Shown: positions 48,001-62,800, numbered from the stretch's first letter. The stretch is 64,000 nucleotides of DNA from Balanoglossus misakiensis (GCA_040954595.2 CM082591.2:10061309-10125308), one strand, 5' to 3'. The notes: generated by a model not told the origin, from the letters alone. Made by a program: numbers and translations.

Positions 48001-51000
48001 ACTACAAGTGAAGAACCCCAGTAACAGACGTAGCGAACAAACAAACTACATGTACTAACAACAAAGCAAGAAAAGTGTCAAGCGTCGTCAAAGAAAACGA
48101 AAAAGTTCTAGCATGGTTGGTAAAAGTTATTGGTAGAAAACGAATAGGGCCTAACGGGCCTTCTACAAATGACGTCTCAGACCCGCAAACGCCACCAGAA
48201 CACAAAACACATGCACAGAACAGTTTAAGCCGGTTGTTGTATGGAGCAGCAATAATCTGCGGTTGGGCCGTCGTAGATTTTCGCTGGTGGTGAAAATAAA
48301 TAAAACACGATCGATGTTCGATTTATTCCAGATCACATGTGTTTACGGCCAGGAGAGAGCATAAAAGTCTTCAAATGACCATGTGGTGGCGCACTTTTTC
48401 CGATTGGCTGTATTTCAATTTGTTCGTGGTAAATTAATTTTGTGGAGGTGACCGGCACTGAAGCTCTTAGCTAGGATGAGGTGGGATGGAAAAATGCCCC
48501 ATTTTAGCTGTTTTAAAATATACGACTATTTATAGACAAAAGGAAAATAAAACAAGCGCAAAAGCATACCAAACCTAGTTTTATTAATTAAAAACAAAAT
48601 TGCTGAGTAAAGGTTTTCATGTGGGCATTCACTTTGAACTTGCTAAATTAATTTAAAGAGACAAAGTCGCTCTCTCTTTGTCCTTTTGCGATGATAGAAT
48701 GCTTGCTTGAAGTCTCTCGTGCAATAAATGATGTCGATTCATACATGTATGGATGGTGTATAGGTGGTCGGAATTTACATGTCTTCGCCACGACCAAACC
48801 AACAACACGTAAAATCAAAGTTTGGGTCATGAAATCGAGTTTTGTTACAGTCTAGAATTTCATGCCACCACTTATGGTCATATTATTCTTGGTAGGCAAA
48901 AGTGACAAGTAGTCAAGTTTCAACACAGGCAACATTTTTTACAAACAAACCACAAAGAAGACATCAAAAGGGAGAGAATTATAGAATGGTCAATGTGTGA
49001 AAAGTTAAGATACGTAAAGTGGCCGGGTTCAACATTAGCTCATCGACTTCATATCGTCTTCATGCCATGGTTTTTGCCTGCCCTGAAAGTTCTTGTCGTT
49101 GCAGAAGTGGTTTTGACAGAAAGAATTTAGTCTTCCGGGATGTTTGTGATTATTTGAACACCAGACAATACAATGCAACCTTGACTTCCAAAATACTTAC
49201 CGGCATTGCATTATCTTACCATGGTTAGGCCTACAGTGAACAAATTTTCAACAATATTTTCTGAGTTACCGCTGATATTTGTTTTGTAGTATGGATATTA
49301 AATTATACATCCCGATACAAATCAGAATGTTATAGAATCCTTCCTGAGTGATATTGAAAAAATTACCGGAATGCTACCGCCTAATCTATGGTTAGGGTTA
49401 TTGCTATTATTTTATATCAGTAATCGACTTTGTGTATATCAATGTCATTTTCATAACGAAAATGAACTCGAGTCTAATGTAAACGTTACGAATTGATCGA
49501 AAGGCGCTCTGATGAATGTTAACACGAGTGCGCAGTGACAAGACATGCATCGTGCGTGACAATGACAACAGTTCCTATAGAGCAGTTAAAAAATAAACCG
49601 GCCGTCCGTAAATTTATCAGCTATATTTTTTTTGATTTAGTCACGTTTTCCCTGTTGCATGCTATTAGTTCAGGGGCCAGTTTTAGCAGTGCTCTATTGA
49701 GTACTTTCGTATCGATGGATTGATCTCTCGTCCAATCATAATGGCGGATGGTAGCATGATCCGACATATTGCGTATTACATTAGGGCTTCCTCATACAGG
49801 TCAGAACGGAGAGGTCATTCCTTTTATTTTAGGACGTCTCAGCTCCTTTGTCTTTTCTGTTATAGTGTTAAAGAAATCAAACGGTTTTGTTTTGGCCGGT
49901 AAACACCGATGGATTAACTCTTAAGTCCATCGTGCATCCAAACGCAGTCGAGTCGGTTTGGTCATTGTTTATGCGACAGTAAATGCCAAATGTGACAGAA
50001 GCATCATATTAAATGGGATAGAATACACAAACAAACAAACATACGAATAAACAAACAGGCAAACAAACAAACAAACAACCATTAGGGACTGTTCAGAATT
50101 TACTTCCAAGTTGGGGATGGAGGATTTTTTATTTTCCTGGTGATTTTTTTCCATGGTCTCCCCTAGTAAATTGTGGAGGAAATATGTGGTCCCTCCTTAA
50201 ATTTCATGGGGATTTTCCATGGTCCCCCCTATTGTGACTGTTATGTCTAGTCTCCCCTAATTTGTCTTGGAGAAAATGGGTGGTCCCCCCCCCCCTCTGA
50301 AAATTCTCCGCCCCCCTGGAAGTAAATTCTGAACAGTCCCTTATTAAAGCCAACAGCTAGCACCCTGGCTTCTCTGCCAGAGGAGCGATAACATCGACAA
50401 AATGCAGATACACAAGAAATGAGCACTTTATTCCACAAGTGAAGTAGTCTGTTCCCTGCCCCATTCCCACCGCTGGCTGCGCCCTTTAGCGTAGCGCCGT
50501 TGGCAGTGGGAATGGGGCAGGGGACCAGACTACAAGTGAAGAACCCCAGTAACAGACGTAACGAACAAACAAACTACATGTACTAACAACAAAGCAAGAA
50601 AAGTGTCAAGCGTCGTCAAAGAAAACGAAAAAGTTCTAGCATGGTTGGTAAAAGTTATTGGTAGAAAACGAATAGGGCCTTCTACAAATGACGTCTCAGA
50701 CCCGCAAACGCCACCAGAACACAAAACACATGCACAGAACAGTTTAAGCCGGTTGTTGTATGGAGCAGCAATAATCTGCGGTTGGGCCGTCGTAGATTTT
50801 CGCTGGTGGTAAAAATAAATAAAACACGATCGATGTTCGATTTATTTCAGATCACATGCGTTTACGGCCAGGAGAGAGCATAAAAGTCTTCAAATGACCA
50901 TGTGGTGGCGCACTTTTTCCGATTGGCTGTATTTCAATTTGTTCGTGGTAAATTAATTTTGTGGAGGTGACCGGCACTGAAGCTCTTAGCTAGGATGAGG

Positions 51001-54000
51001 TGGGATGGAAAAATGCCCCATTTCAGCTGTTTTAAAATATACGACTATTTATAGACAAAAGGAAAATAAAACAAGCGCAAAAACATACCAAACCTAGTTT
51101 TATTAATTAAAAACAAAATTGCTGAGTAAAGGTTTTCATGTGGGCATTCACTTTGAACTTGCTAAATTAATTTAAAGAGACAAAGTCGCTCTCTCTTTGT
51201 CCTTTTGCGATGATAGAATGCTTGCTTGAAGTCTCTCGTGCAATAAATGATGTCGATTCATACATGTATGGATGGTGTATAGGTGGTCGGAATTTACATG
51301 TCTTTGCCACGACCAAACCAACAACACGTAAAATCAAAGTTTGGGTCATGAAATCGAGTTTTGTTACAGTCTAGAATTTCATGCCACCCCTTATGGTCAT
51401 ATTATTCTTGGTAGGCAAAAGTGACAAGTAGTCAAGTTTCAACACAGGCAAAATTTTTTACAAACAAACCACAAAGAAGACATCAAAAGGGAGAGAATTA
51501 TAGAATGGTCAATGTGTGAAAAGTTAAGATACGTAAAGTGGCCGGGTTCAACATTAACTCATCGACTTCATATCGTCTTCATGCCATGGTTTTTGCCTGC
51601 CCTGAAAGTTCTTGTCGTTGCAGAAGTGGTTTTGACATAAAGAATTTAGTCTTCCGGGATGTTTGTGATTATTTGAACACCAGACAATACAATGCAACCT
51701 TGACTTCCAAAATACTTACCGGCATTGCATTATCTTACCATGGTTAGGCCTACAGTGAACAAATTTTCAACAATATTTTCTGAGTTACCGCTGATATTTG
51801 TTTTGTAGTATGGATATTAAATTATACATCCCGATACAAAACAGAATGTTATAGAATCCTTCCTGGGTGATATTGAAAAAATTACCGGAATGCTACCGCC
51901 TAATCTATGGTTAGGGTTATTGCTATTATTTTATATCAGTAATCGACTTTGTGTATATCAATGTCATTTTCATAACGAAAATGAACTCGAGTCTAATGTA
52001 AACGTTACGAATTGATCGAAAGGCGCTCTGATGAATGTTAACACGAGTGCGCAGTGACAAGACATGCATCGTGCATGACAGTGACAACAGTTCCTATAGA
52101 GCAGTTAAAAAAATAAACCGGCCGTCCGGAAATTTATCAGCTATATTTTTTTTTATTTAGTCACGTTTTCCCTGTTGCATGCTATTAGTTCAGGGGCCAG
52201 TTTTAGCAGTGCTCTATTGAGTACTTTCGTATCGATGGATTGATCTCTCGTCCAATCAGAATGGCGGATGGTAGCATGATCCGACATATTGCGTATTACA
52301 ATAGGGCTTCCTCATACAGGTCAGAACGGAGAGGTCATTCCTTTTATTTTAGGACGTCTCAGCTCCTTTGTCTTTTCTGTTATAGTGTTAAAGAAATCAA
52401 ACGGTTTTGTTTTGGCCGGTAAACACCGATGGATTAACTCTTAAGTCCATCGTGCATCCAAACGCAGTCGAGTCGGTTTGGTCATTGTTTATGCGACAGT
52501 AAATGCCAAATGTGACAGAAGCATCATATTAAATGAGATAGAATACACAAACAAACAAACATACGAATAAACAAACAGGCAAACAAACAAACAAACAACC
52601 ATTAGGGACTGTTCAGAATTTACTTCCAAGATGGGGATGGAGGATTTTTTATTTTCCTGGTGATTTTTTTCCATGGTCTCCCCTAGTAAATTGTGGAGGA
52701 AATATGTGGTCCCTCCTTAAATTTCCTGGGGATTTTCCATGGTCCCCCTATTGTGACTTTTATGTCTAGTCTCCCCTAATTTGTCTTGGAGAAAATGGGT
52801 GGTCCCCCCCCCCCTCTGAAAATTCTCCGCCCCCTGGAAGTAAATTCTGAACAGTCCCTTATTAAAGCCAACAGCTAGCACCCTGGCTTCTCTGCCAGAG
52901 GAGCGATAACATCGACAAAATGCAGATACACAAGAAATGAGCACTTTATTCCACAAGTGAAGTAGTCTGTTCCCTGCCCCATTCCCACCGCTGGCTGCGC
53001 CCTTTAGCGTAGCGCCGATGGCAGTGGGAATGGGGCAGGGGACCAGACTACAAGTGAAGAACCCCAGTAACAGACGTAGCGAACAAACAAACTACATGTA
53101 CTAACAACAAAGCAAGAAAAGTGTCAAGCGTCGTCAAAGAAAACGAAAAAGTTCTAGCATGGTTGGTAAAAGTTATTGGTAGAAAACGAATATGGCCTTC
53201 TACAAATGACGTCTCAGACCCGCAAACGCCACCAGAACACAAAACACATGCACAGAACAGTTTAAGCCGGTTGTTGTATGGAGCAGCAATAATCTGCGGT
53301 TGGGCCGTCGTAGATTTTCGCTGGTGGTGAAAATAAATAAAACACGATCGATGTTCGATTTATTCCAGATCACATGCGTTTACGGCCAGGAGAGAGCATA
53401 AAAGTCTTCAAATGACCATGTGGTGGCGCACTTTTTCCGATTGGCTGTATTTCAATTTGTTCGTGGTAAATTAATTTTGTGGAGGTGACCGGCACTGAAG
53501 CTCTTAGCTAGGATGAGGTGGGATGGAAAAATGCCCCATTTTAGCTGTTTTAAAATATACGACTATTTATAGACAAAAGGAAAATAAAACAAGCGCAAAA
53601 ACATACCAAACCTAGTTTTATTAATTAAAAACAAAATTGCTGAGTAAAGGTTTTCATGTGGGCATTCACTTTGAACTTGCTAAATTAATTTAAAGAGACA
53701 AAGTCGCTCTCTCTTTGTCCTTTTGCGATGATAGAATGCTTGCTTGAAGTCTCTCGTGCAATAAATGATGTCGATTCATACATGTATGGATGGTGTATAG
53801 GTGGTCGGAATTTACATGTCTTCGCCACGACCAAACCAACAACACGTAAAATCAAAGTTTGGGTCATAAAATCGAGTTTGGTTGCAGTCTAGAATTTCAT
53901 GCCACCCCTTATGGTCATATTATTCTTGGTAGGCAAAAGTGACAAGTAGTCAAGTTTCAACACAGGCAACATTTTTTACAAACAAACCACAAAGAAGACA

Positions 54001-57000
54001 TCAAAAGGGAGAGAATTATAGAATGGTCAATGTGTGAAAAGTTAAGATACGTAAAGTGGCCGGGTTCAACATTAACTCATCGACTTCATATCGTCTTCAT
54101 GCCATGGTTTTTGCCTGCCCTGAAAGTTCTTGTCGTTGCAGAAGTGGTTTTGACAGAAAGAATTTAGTCTTCCGGGATGTTTGTGATTATTTGAACACCA
54201 GACAATACAATGCAACCTTGACTTCCAAAATACTTACCGGCATTGCATTATCTTACCATGGTTAGGCCTACAGTGAACAAATTTTCAACAATATTTTCTG
54301 AGTTACCGCTGATATTTGTTTTGTAGTATGGATATTAAATTATACATCCCGATACAAAACAGAATGTTATAGAATCCTTCCTGGGTGATATTGAAAAAAT
54401 TACCGGAATGCTACCGCCTAATCTATGGTTAGGGTTATTGCTATTATTTTATATCAGTAATCGACTTTGTGTATATCAATGTCATTTTCATAACGAAAAT
54501 GAACTCGAGTCTAATGTAAACGTTACGAATTGATCGAAAGGCGCTCTGATGAATGTTAACACGAGTGCGCAGTGACAAGACATGCATCGCGCATGACAGT
54601 GACAACAGTTCCTATAGAGCAGTTAAAAAATAAACCGGCCGTCCGTAAATTTATCAGCTATATTTTTTTTTATTTAGTCACGTTTTCCCTGTTGCATGCT
54701 ATTAGTTCAGGGGCCAGTTTTAGCAGTGCTCTATTGAGTACTTTCGTATCGATGGATTGATCTCTCGTCCAATCAGAATGGCGGATGGTAGCATGATCCG
54801 ACATATTGCGTATTACAATAGGGCTTCCTCATACAGGTCAGAACGGAGAGGTCATTCCTTTTATTTTAGGACGTCTCAGCTCATTTGTCTTTTCTGTTAT
54901 AGTGTTAAAGAAATCAAACGGTTTTGTTTTGGCCGGTAAACACCGATGGATTAACTCTTAAGTCCATCGTGCATCCAAACGCAGTCGAGTCGGTTTGGTC
55001 ATTGTTTATGCGACAGTAAATGCCAAATGTGACAGAAGCATCATATTAAATGGGATAGAATACACAAACAAACAAACATACGAATAAACAAACAGGCAAA
55101 CAAACAAACAAACAACCATTAGGGACTGTTCAGAATTTACTTCCAAGTTGGGGATGGAGGATTTTTTATTTTCCTGGTGATTTTTTTCCATGGTCTCCCC
55201 TAGTAAATTGTGGAGGAAATATGTGGTCCCTCCTTAAATTTCATGGGGATTTTCCATGGTCCCCCCTATTGTGACTTTTATGTCTAGTCTCCCCTAATTT
55301 GTCTTGGAGAAAATGAGTTGTCCCCCCCCCCCCCCTCTGAAAATTCTCCGCCCCCCTGGAAGTAAATTCTGAACAGTCCCTTATTAAAGCCAACAGCTAG
55401 CACCCTGGCTTCTCTGCCAGAGGAGCGATAACATCGACAAAATGCAGATACACAAGAAATGAGCACTTTATTCCACAAGTGAAGTAGTCTGTTCCCTGCC
55501 CCATTCCCACCGCTGGCTGCGCCCTTTAGCGTAGCGCCGATGGCAGTGGGAATGGGGCAGGGGACCAGACTACAAGTGAAGAACCCCAGTAACAGACGTA
55601 ACGAACAAACAAACTACATGTACTAACAACAAAGCAAGAAAAGTGTCAAGCGTCGTCAAAGAAAACGAAAAAGTTCTAGCATGGTTGGTAAAAGTTATTG
55701 GTAGAAAACGAATAGGGCCTTCTACAAATGACGTCTCAGACCCGCAAACGCCACCAGAACACAAAACACATGCACAGAACAGTTTAAGCCGGTTGTTGTA
55801 TGGAGCAGCAATAATCTGCGGTTGGGCCGTCGTAGATTTTCGCTTGTGGTGAAAATAAATAAAACACGATCGATGTTCGATTTATTTCAGATCACATGCG
55901 TTTACGGCCAGGAGAGAGCATAAAAGTCTTCAAATGACCATGTGGTGGCGCACTTTTTCCGATTGGCTGTATTTCAATTTGTTCGTGGTAAATTAATTTT
56001 GTGGAGGTGACCGGCACTGAAGCTCTTAGCTAGGATGAGGTGGGATGGAAAAATGCCCCATTTTAGCTGTTTTAAAATATACGACTATTTATAGACAAAA
56101 GGAAAATAAAACAAGCGCAAAAACATACCTAACCTAGTTTTATTAATTAAAAACAAAATTGCTGAGTAAAGGTTTTCATGTGGGCATTCACTTTGAACTT
56201 GCTAAATTAATTTAAAGAGACAAAGTCGCTCTCTCTTTGTCCTTTTGCGATGATAGAATGCTTGCTTGAAGTCTCTCGTGCAATAAATGATGTCGATTCA
56301 TACATGTATGGATGGTGTATAGGTGGTCGGAATTTACATGTCTTTGCCACGACCAAACCAACAACACGTAAAATCAAAGTTTGGGTCATGAAATCGAGTT
56401 TTGTTACAGTCTAGAATTTCATGCCACCCCTTATGGTCATATTATTCTTGGTAGGCAAAAGTGACAAGTAGTCAAGTTTCAACACAGGCAACATTTTTTA
56501 CAAACAAACCACAAAGAAGACATCAAAAGGGAGAGAATTATAGAATGGTCAATGTGTGAAAAGTTAAGATACGTAAAGTGGCCGGGTTCAACATTAACTC
56601 ATCGACTTCATATCGTCTTCATGCCATGGTTTTTGCCTGCCCTAAAAGTTCTTGTCGTTGCAGAAGTGGTTTTGACAGAAAGAATTTAGTCTTCCGGGAT
56701 GTTTGTGATTATTTGAACACCAGACAATACAATGCAACCTTGACTTCCAAAATACTTACCGGCATTGCATTATCTTACCATGGTTAGGCCTACAGTGAAC
56801 AAATTTTCAACAATATTTTCTGAGTTACCGCTGATATTTGTTTTGTAGTATGGATATTAAATTATACATTCCGATACAAAACAGAATGTTATAGAATCCT
56901 TCCTGAGTGATATTGAAAAAATTACCGGAATGCTACCGCCTAATCTATGGTTAGGGTTATTGCTATTATTTTATATCAGTAATCGACTTTGTGTATATCA

Positions 57001-58144
57001 ATGTCATTTTCATAACGAAAATGAACCCGAGTCTAATGTAAACGTTACGAATTGATCGAAAGGCGCTCTGATGAATGTTAACACGAGTGCGCAGTGACAA
57101 GACATGCATCGTGCATGACAGTGACAACAGTTCGAATAGAGCAGTTAAAAAATAAACCGGCCGTCCGTAAATTTATCAGCTATATTTTTTTTTTATTTAG
57201 TCACGTTTTCCCTGTTGCATGCTATTAGTTCAGGGGCCAGTTTTAGCAGTGCTCTATTGAGTACTTTCGTATCGATGGATTGATCTCTCGTCCAATAAGA
57301 ATGGCGGATGGTAGCATGATCCGACATATTGCGTATTACAATAGGGCTTCCTCATACAGGTCAGAACGGAGAGGTCATTCCTTTTATTTTAGGACGTCTC
57401 AGCTCATTTGTCTTTTCTGTTATAGTGTTAAAGAAATCAAACGGTTTTGTTTTGGCCGGTAAACACCGATGGATTAACTCTTAAGTCCATCGTGCATCCA
57501 AACGCAGTCGAGTCGGTTTGGTCATTGTTTATGCGACAGTAAATGCCAAATGTGACAGAAGCATCATATTAAATGGGATAGAATACACAAACAAACAAAC
57601 ATACGAATAAACAAACAGGCAAACAAACAAACAAACAACCATTAGGGACTGTTCAGAATTTACTTCCAAGTTGGGGATGGAGGATTTTTTATTTTCCTGG
57701 TGATTTTTTTCCATGGTCTCCCCTAGTAAATTGTGGAGGAAATATGTGGTCCCTCCTTAAATTTCATGGGGATTTTCCATGGTCCCCCCTATTGTGACTT
57801 TTATGTCTAGTCTCCCCTAATTTGTCTTGGAGAAAATGAGTTGTCCCCCCCCCCCTCTGAAAATTCTCCGCCCCCCTGGAAGTAAATTCTGAACAGTCCC
57901 TTATTAAAGCCAACAGCTAGCACCCTGGCTTCTCTGCCAGAGGAGCGATAACATCGACAAAATGCAGATACACAAGAAATGAGCACTTTATTCCACAAGT
58001 GAAGTAGTCTGTTCCCTGCCCCATTCCCACCGCTGGCTGCGCCCTTTAGCGTAGCGCCGATGGCAGTGGGAATGGGGCAGGGGACCAGACTACAAGTGAA
58101 GAACCCCAGTAACAGACGTAACGAACAAACAAACTACATGTACT

Positions 58145-59833
58145 TTTTATTTTTTTATTTTATTTATTCTTTAATTCAGGCGGTATGCCCATACTGTAAA
58201 AAAAACATACAAAACAAACCCAGAAACAACTCCATAAAAGAAAGACACAAAAGAAAAAAAAAATCCCAAAAACTTAATGAAGAACAACCCTGCAATGCCC
58301 CCAGAATGTAGATAAAAAGTAACAGTCAGTCTGTATACAACTGCGGATAACCGGGTTACCGCTTTTTTGTAAGCGTTGGCAAAAGGAGAAAACCAATTTT
58401 CGATGTAGCGAGGTGAAGTTCAAAATATTCCTACTTACAAAGTTATGACTTATGCTTACATCGCGTTTCAGATTAAAAATCAATCTTAAGGCATTGTTAT
58501 ACGCAACTTTTAAAGTAGACATTTGTTTGACACTGTAGTTACACCACACGTTAAGACAATAAACACTATATAAAAAACTTTTAAAAAGAGTGCACTTCAC
58601 CTTATATGAGCAATGGCCAAAATTACGCAAAATAAAATTAGCTCTAGCATAAAAGCAACGAAGCTGCCGCTGCATATCAGCATCATCCATACCCGAAGAG
58701 GACATAATATAGCCAAGATACTTTTTTGTACATACATACTTAAGAGGTTTACCATACAAATATACACAAGGAATTCTGTGTGCTTTCCAAGACTTTGGGA
58801 AAATTGCCATACACTCTGTCTTTGCAGTATGAAAAATAATATCATGCTCATTTCCATACAGTTCACAAATGTTACTCAGTTTCTGTAATGCTTTGACCGA
58901 CGGACAAATCAAGACTAAATCGTCTGCATAGAACAAATGGTTAACAATGGTATTAGCTAGGTAACAGCCAACCCCGGCTGATTGCAGCTGACCGCTTAAA
59001 TCATTTACATATATAGCGAACAGTTTGGGTGAAAGAATACTTCCTTGCCGTACACCGTTGATAACACTGAAGGAATTAGAAATTACAGATGCCCAGCGCA
59101 CAGAAAAGCATTGATTACTATACCAATATTGTAAAATACGAATAATAAAAAGAGGTATCTTGCAGTTAATCAGTTTTCTAAACAAAGTCCAGTGGTTGAC
59201 CCTATCAAAAGCTTTCGTAGCATCCATAAAACAGAGGTAAACTGGCGTATTATGCCTCTTATAAAAGTCAACAATTTCTTTGAGAACAAAGATACACATG
59301 TCGGTAGAGTGATTACTTTTAAAACCAAACTGTAAATTGCTTGTATCTAAGAGTGAATCAATACGAGATAGAATACAAAGTTCCAGAACTTTCGAGATGG
59401 CCGTGACAATTGCAATGGGCCTATAATTATCCACAGAAGTAAGATCTTTAGATTTATCCTTCACAATAGGACAAATAATGGCGTGCATTAAAGTCTCGGG
59501 TAAATAACCATGTGTAAAAAAACTAGTAAAACATAAACTCAACATAACGCAAATGATTGGACTTGCATACATGAGATGTTCGGCACCAAGACCATCATAG
59601 CCCAATGCCTTTCCCTTCTCAAGCTTATCAATACACCCTTTTAGTTCCATCGCAGTAACAACCATGGCATTGTTGTGGGAACCAGTTTCATTTAACGATG
59701 ACAATACAAATGCTCTATCACGACAGTTCGAAACAGAATTCAATAAACTTTCATAATGTTGTTTCCACATATCGGCAACATTTTCATGACCGGTGCAGCC
59801 ACCTACACTGGTCGGAAGCGAAGATAAACAACC
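58145..59833 (-). mobile_element. 5'-truncated non-LTR retrotransposon (RTE-X-like by motif resemblance)
   Basis: Interrupts CATGTACT|AACAAC with ACT duplicated (58142-58144 and 59834-59836). A-rich tail at 58145-58168; intact RT frame. Confidence 0.9.
58274..59770 (-). CDS. LINE reverse transcriptase domain (N-terminally truncated ORF2)
   Basis: NYRPIAI, QFGFK, DATKAFDRVNH, GVRQGSILSP, YADDL and KYLG motifs. The frame stays open upstream to near the truncation point; no endonuclease domain is present. Confidence 0.93.
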   Translation of the reverse strand: MWKQHYESLLNSVSNCRDRAFVLSSLNETGSHNNAMVVTAMELKGCIDKLEKGKALGYDGLGAEHLMYASPIICVMLSLCFTSFFTHGYLPETLMHAIICPIVKDKSKDLTSVDNYRPIAIVTAISKVLELCILSRIDSLLDTSNLQFGFKSNHSTDMCIFVLKEIVDFYKRHNTPVYLCFMDATKAFDRVNHWTLFRKLINCKIPLFIIRILQYWYSNQCFSVRWASVISNSFSVINGVRQGSILSPKLFAIYVNDLSGQLQSAGVGCYLANTIVNHLFYADDLVLICPSVKALQKLSNICELYGNEHDIIFHTAKTECMAIFPKSWKAHRIPCVYLYGKPLKYVCTKKYLGYIMSSSGMDDADMQRQLRCFYARANFILRNFGHCSYKVKCTLFKSFLYSVYCLNVWCNYSVKQMSTLKVAYNNALRLIFNLKRDVSISHNFVSRNILNFTSLHRKLVFSFCQRLQKSGNPVIRSCIQTDCYFLSTFWGHCRVVLH

Positions 59834-62800
59834 ACTAACAACAAAGCAAGAAAAGTGTCAAGCGTCGTCAAAGAAAACGAAAAAGTTCTAGCATGGTTGG
59901 TAAAAGTTATTGGTAGAAAACGAATAGGGCCTTCTACAAATGACGTCTCAGACCCGCAAACGCCACCAGAACACAAAACACATGCACAGAACAGTTTAAG
60001 CCGGTTGTTGTATGGAGCAGCAATAATCTGCGGTTGGGCCGTCGTAGATTTTCGCTTGTGGTGAAAATAAATAAAACACGATCGATGTTCGATTTATTTC
60101 AGATCACATGCGTTTACGGCCAGGAGAGAGCATAAAAGTCTTCAAATGACCATGTGGTGGCGCACTTTTTCCGATTGGCTGTATTTCAATTTGTTCGTGG
60201 TAAATTAATTTTGTGGAGGTGACCGGCACTGAAGCTCTTAGCTAGGATGAGGTGGGATGGAAAAATGCCCCATTTTAGCTGTTTTAAAATATACGACTAT
60301 TTATAGACAAAAGGAAAATAAAACAAGCGCAAAAACATACCTAACCTAGTTTTATTAATTAAAAACAAAATTGCTGAGTAAAGGTTTTCATGTGGGCATT
60401 CACTTTGAACTTGCTAAATTAATTTAAAGAGACAAAGTCGCTCTCTCTTTGTCCTTTTGCGATGATAGAATGCTTGCTTGAAGTCTCTCGTGCAATAAAT
60501 GATGTCGATTCATACATGTATGGATGGTGTATAGGTGGTCGGAATTTACATGTCTTTGCCACGACCAAACCAACAACACGTAAAATCAAAGTTTGGGTCA
60601 TGAAATCGAGTTTTGTTACAGTCTAGAATTTCATGCCACCCCTTATGGTCATATTATTCTTGGTAGGCAAAAGTGACAAGTAGTCAAGTTTCAACACAGG
60701 CAACATTTTTTACAAACAAACCACAAAGAAGACATCAAAAGGGAGAGAATTATAGAATGGTCAATGTGTGAAAAGTTAAGATACGTAAAGTGGCCGGGTT
60801 CAACATTAACTCATCGACTTCATATCGTCTTCATGCCATGGTTTTTGCCTGCCCTAAAAGTTCTTGTCGTTGCAGAAGTGGTTTTGACAGAAAGAATTTA
60901 GTCTTCCGGGATGTTTGTGATTATTTGAACACCAGACAATACAATGCAACCTTGACTTCCAAAATACTTACCGGCATTGCATTATCTTACCATGGTTAGG
61001 CCTACAGTGAACAAATTTTCAACAATATTTTCTGAGTTACCGCTGATATTTGTTTTGTAGTATGGATATTAAATTATACATTCCGATACAAAACAGAATG
61101 TTATAGAATCCTTCCTGAGTGATATTGAAAAAATTACCGGAATGCTACCGCCTAATCTATGGTTAGGGTTATTGCTATTATTTTATATCAGTAATCGACT
61201 TTGTGTATATCAATGTCATTTTCATAACGAAAATGAACCCGAGTCTAATGTAAACGTTACGAATTGATCGAAAGGCGCTCTGATGAATGTTAACACGAGT
61301 GCGCAGTGACAAGACATGCATCGTGCATGACAGTGACAACAGTTCGAATAGAGCAGTTAAAAAATAAACCGGCCGTCCGTAAATTTATCAGCTATATTTT
61401 TTTTTTATTTAGTCACGTTTTCCCTGTTGCATGCTATTAGTTCAGGGGCCAGTTTTAGCAGTGCTCTATTGAGTACTTTCGTATCGATGGATTGATCTCT
61501 CGTCCAATAAGAATGGCGGATGGTAGCATGATCCGACATATTGCGTATTACAATAGGGCTTCCTCATACAGGTCAGAACGGAGAGGTCGTTCCTTTTATT
61601 TTAGGACGTCTCAGCTCCTTTGTCTTTTCTGTTATAGTGTTAAAGAAATCAGACGGTTTTGTTTTGGCCGGTAAACACCGATGGATTAACTCTTAAGTCC
61701 ATCCTGCATCCAAACGCAGTCGAGTCGGTTTGGTCATTGTTTATGCGACAGTAAATGCCAAATGTGACAGAAGCATCATATTAAATGAGATAGAATACAC
61801 AAACAAACAAACATACGAATAAACAAACAGGCAAACAAACAAACAAACAAACAACCATTAGGGACTGTTCAGAATTTACTTCCAAGTTGGAGATGGAGGA
61901 TTTTTTATTTTCCTGGTGATTTTTTTCCATGGTCTCCCCTAGTAAATTGTGGAGGAAATATGTGGTCCCTCTTAAAATTTCCTGGGGATTTTCCATGGTC
62001 CCCCTATTGTGACTTTTATGTCTAGTCTCCCCTAATTTGTCTTGGAGAAAATGGGTGGTCCCCCCCTCTGAAAATTCTCCGCCCCCTGGAAGTAAATTCT
62101 GAACAGTCCCTTATGAAAGCCAACAGCTAGCACCCCGGCTTCTCTGCCAGAGGAGCGATAACATCGACAAAATGCAGATACACAAGAAATGAGCACTTTA
62201 TTCCACTAGTGAAGTAGTCTGTTCCCTGCCCCATTCCCACCGCTGGCTGCGCCCTTTAGCGTAGCGTCGATGGCAGTGGGAATGGGGCAGGGGACCAGAC
62301 TACAAGTGAAGAACCCCAGTAACAGACGTAACGAACAAACAAACTACATGTACTAACAACAAAGCAAGAAAAGTGTCAAGCGTCGTCAAAGAAAACGAAA
62401 AAGTTCTAGCATGGTTGGTAAAAGTTATTGGTAGAAAACGAATAGGGCCTTCTACAAATGACGTCTCAGACCCGCAAACGCCACCAGAACACAAAACACA
62501 TGCACAGAAAAGTTTAAGCCGGTTGTTGTATGGAGCAGCAATAATCTGCGGTTGGGCCGTCGTAGATTTTCGCTGGTGGTGAAAATAAATAAAACACGAT
62601 CGATGTTCGATTTATTCCAGATCACATGTGTTTACGGCCAGGAGAGAGCATAAAAGTCTTCAAATGACCATGTGGTGGCGCACTTTTTCCGATTGGCTGT
62701 ATTTCAATTTGTTCGTGGTAAATTAATTTTGTGGAGGTGACCGGCACTGAAGCTCTTAGCTAGGATGAGGTGGGATGGAAAAATGCCCCATTTTAGCTGT

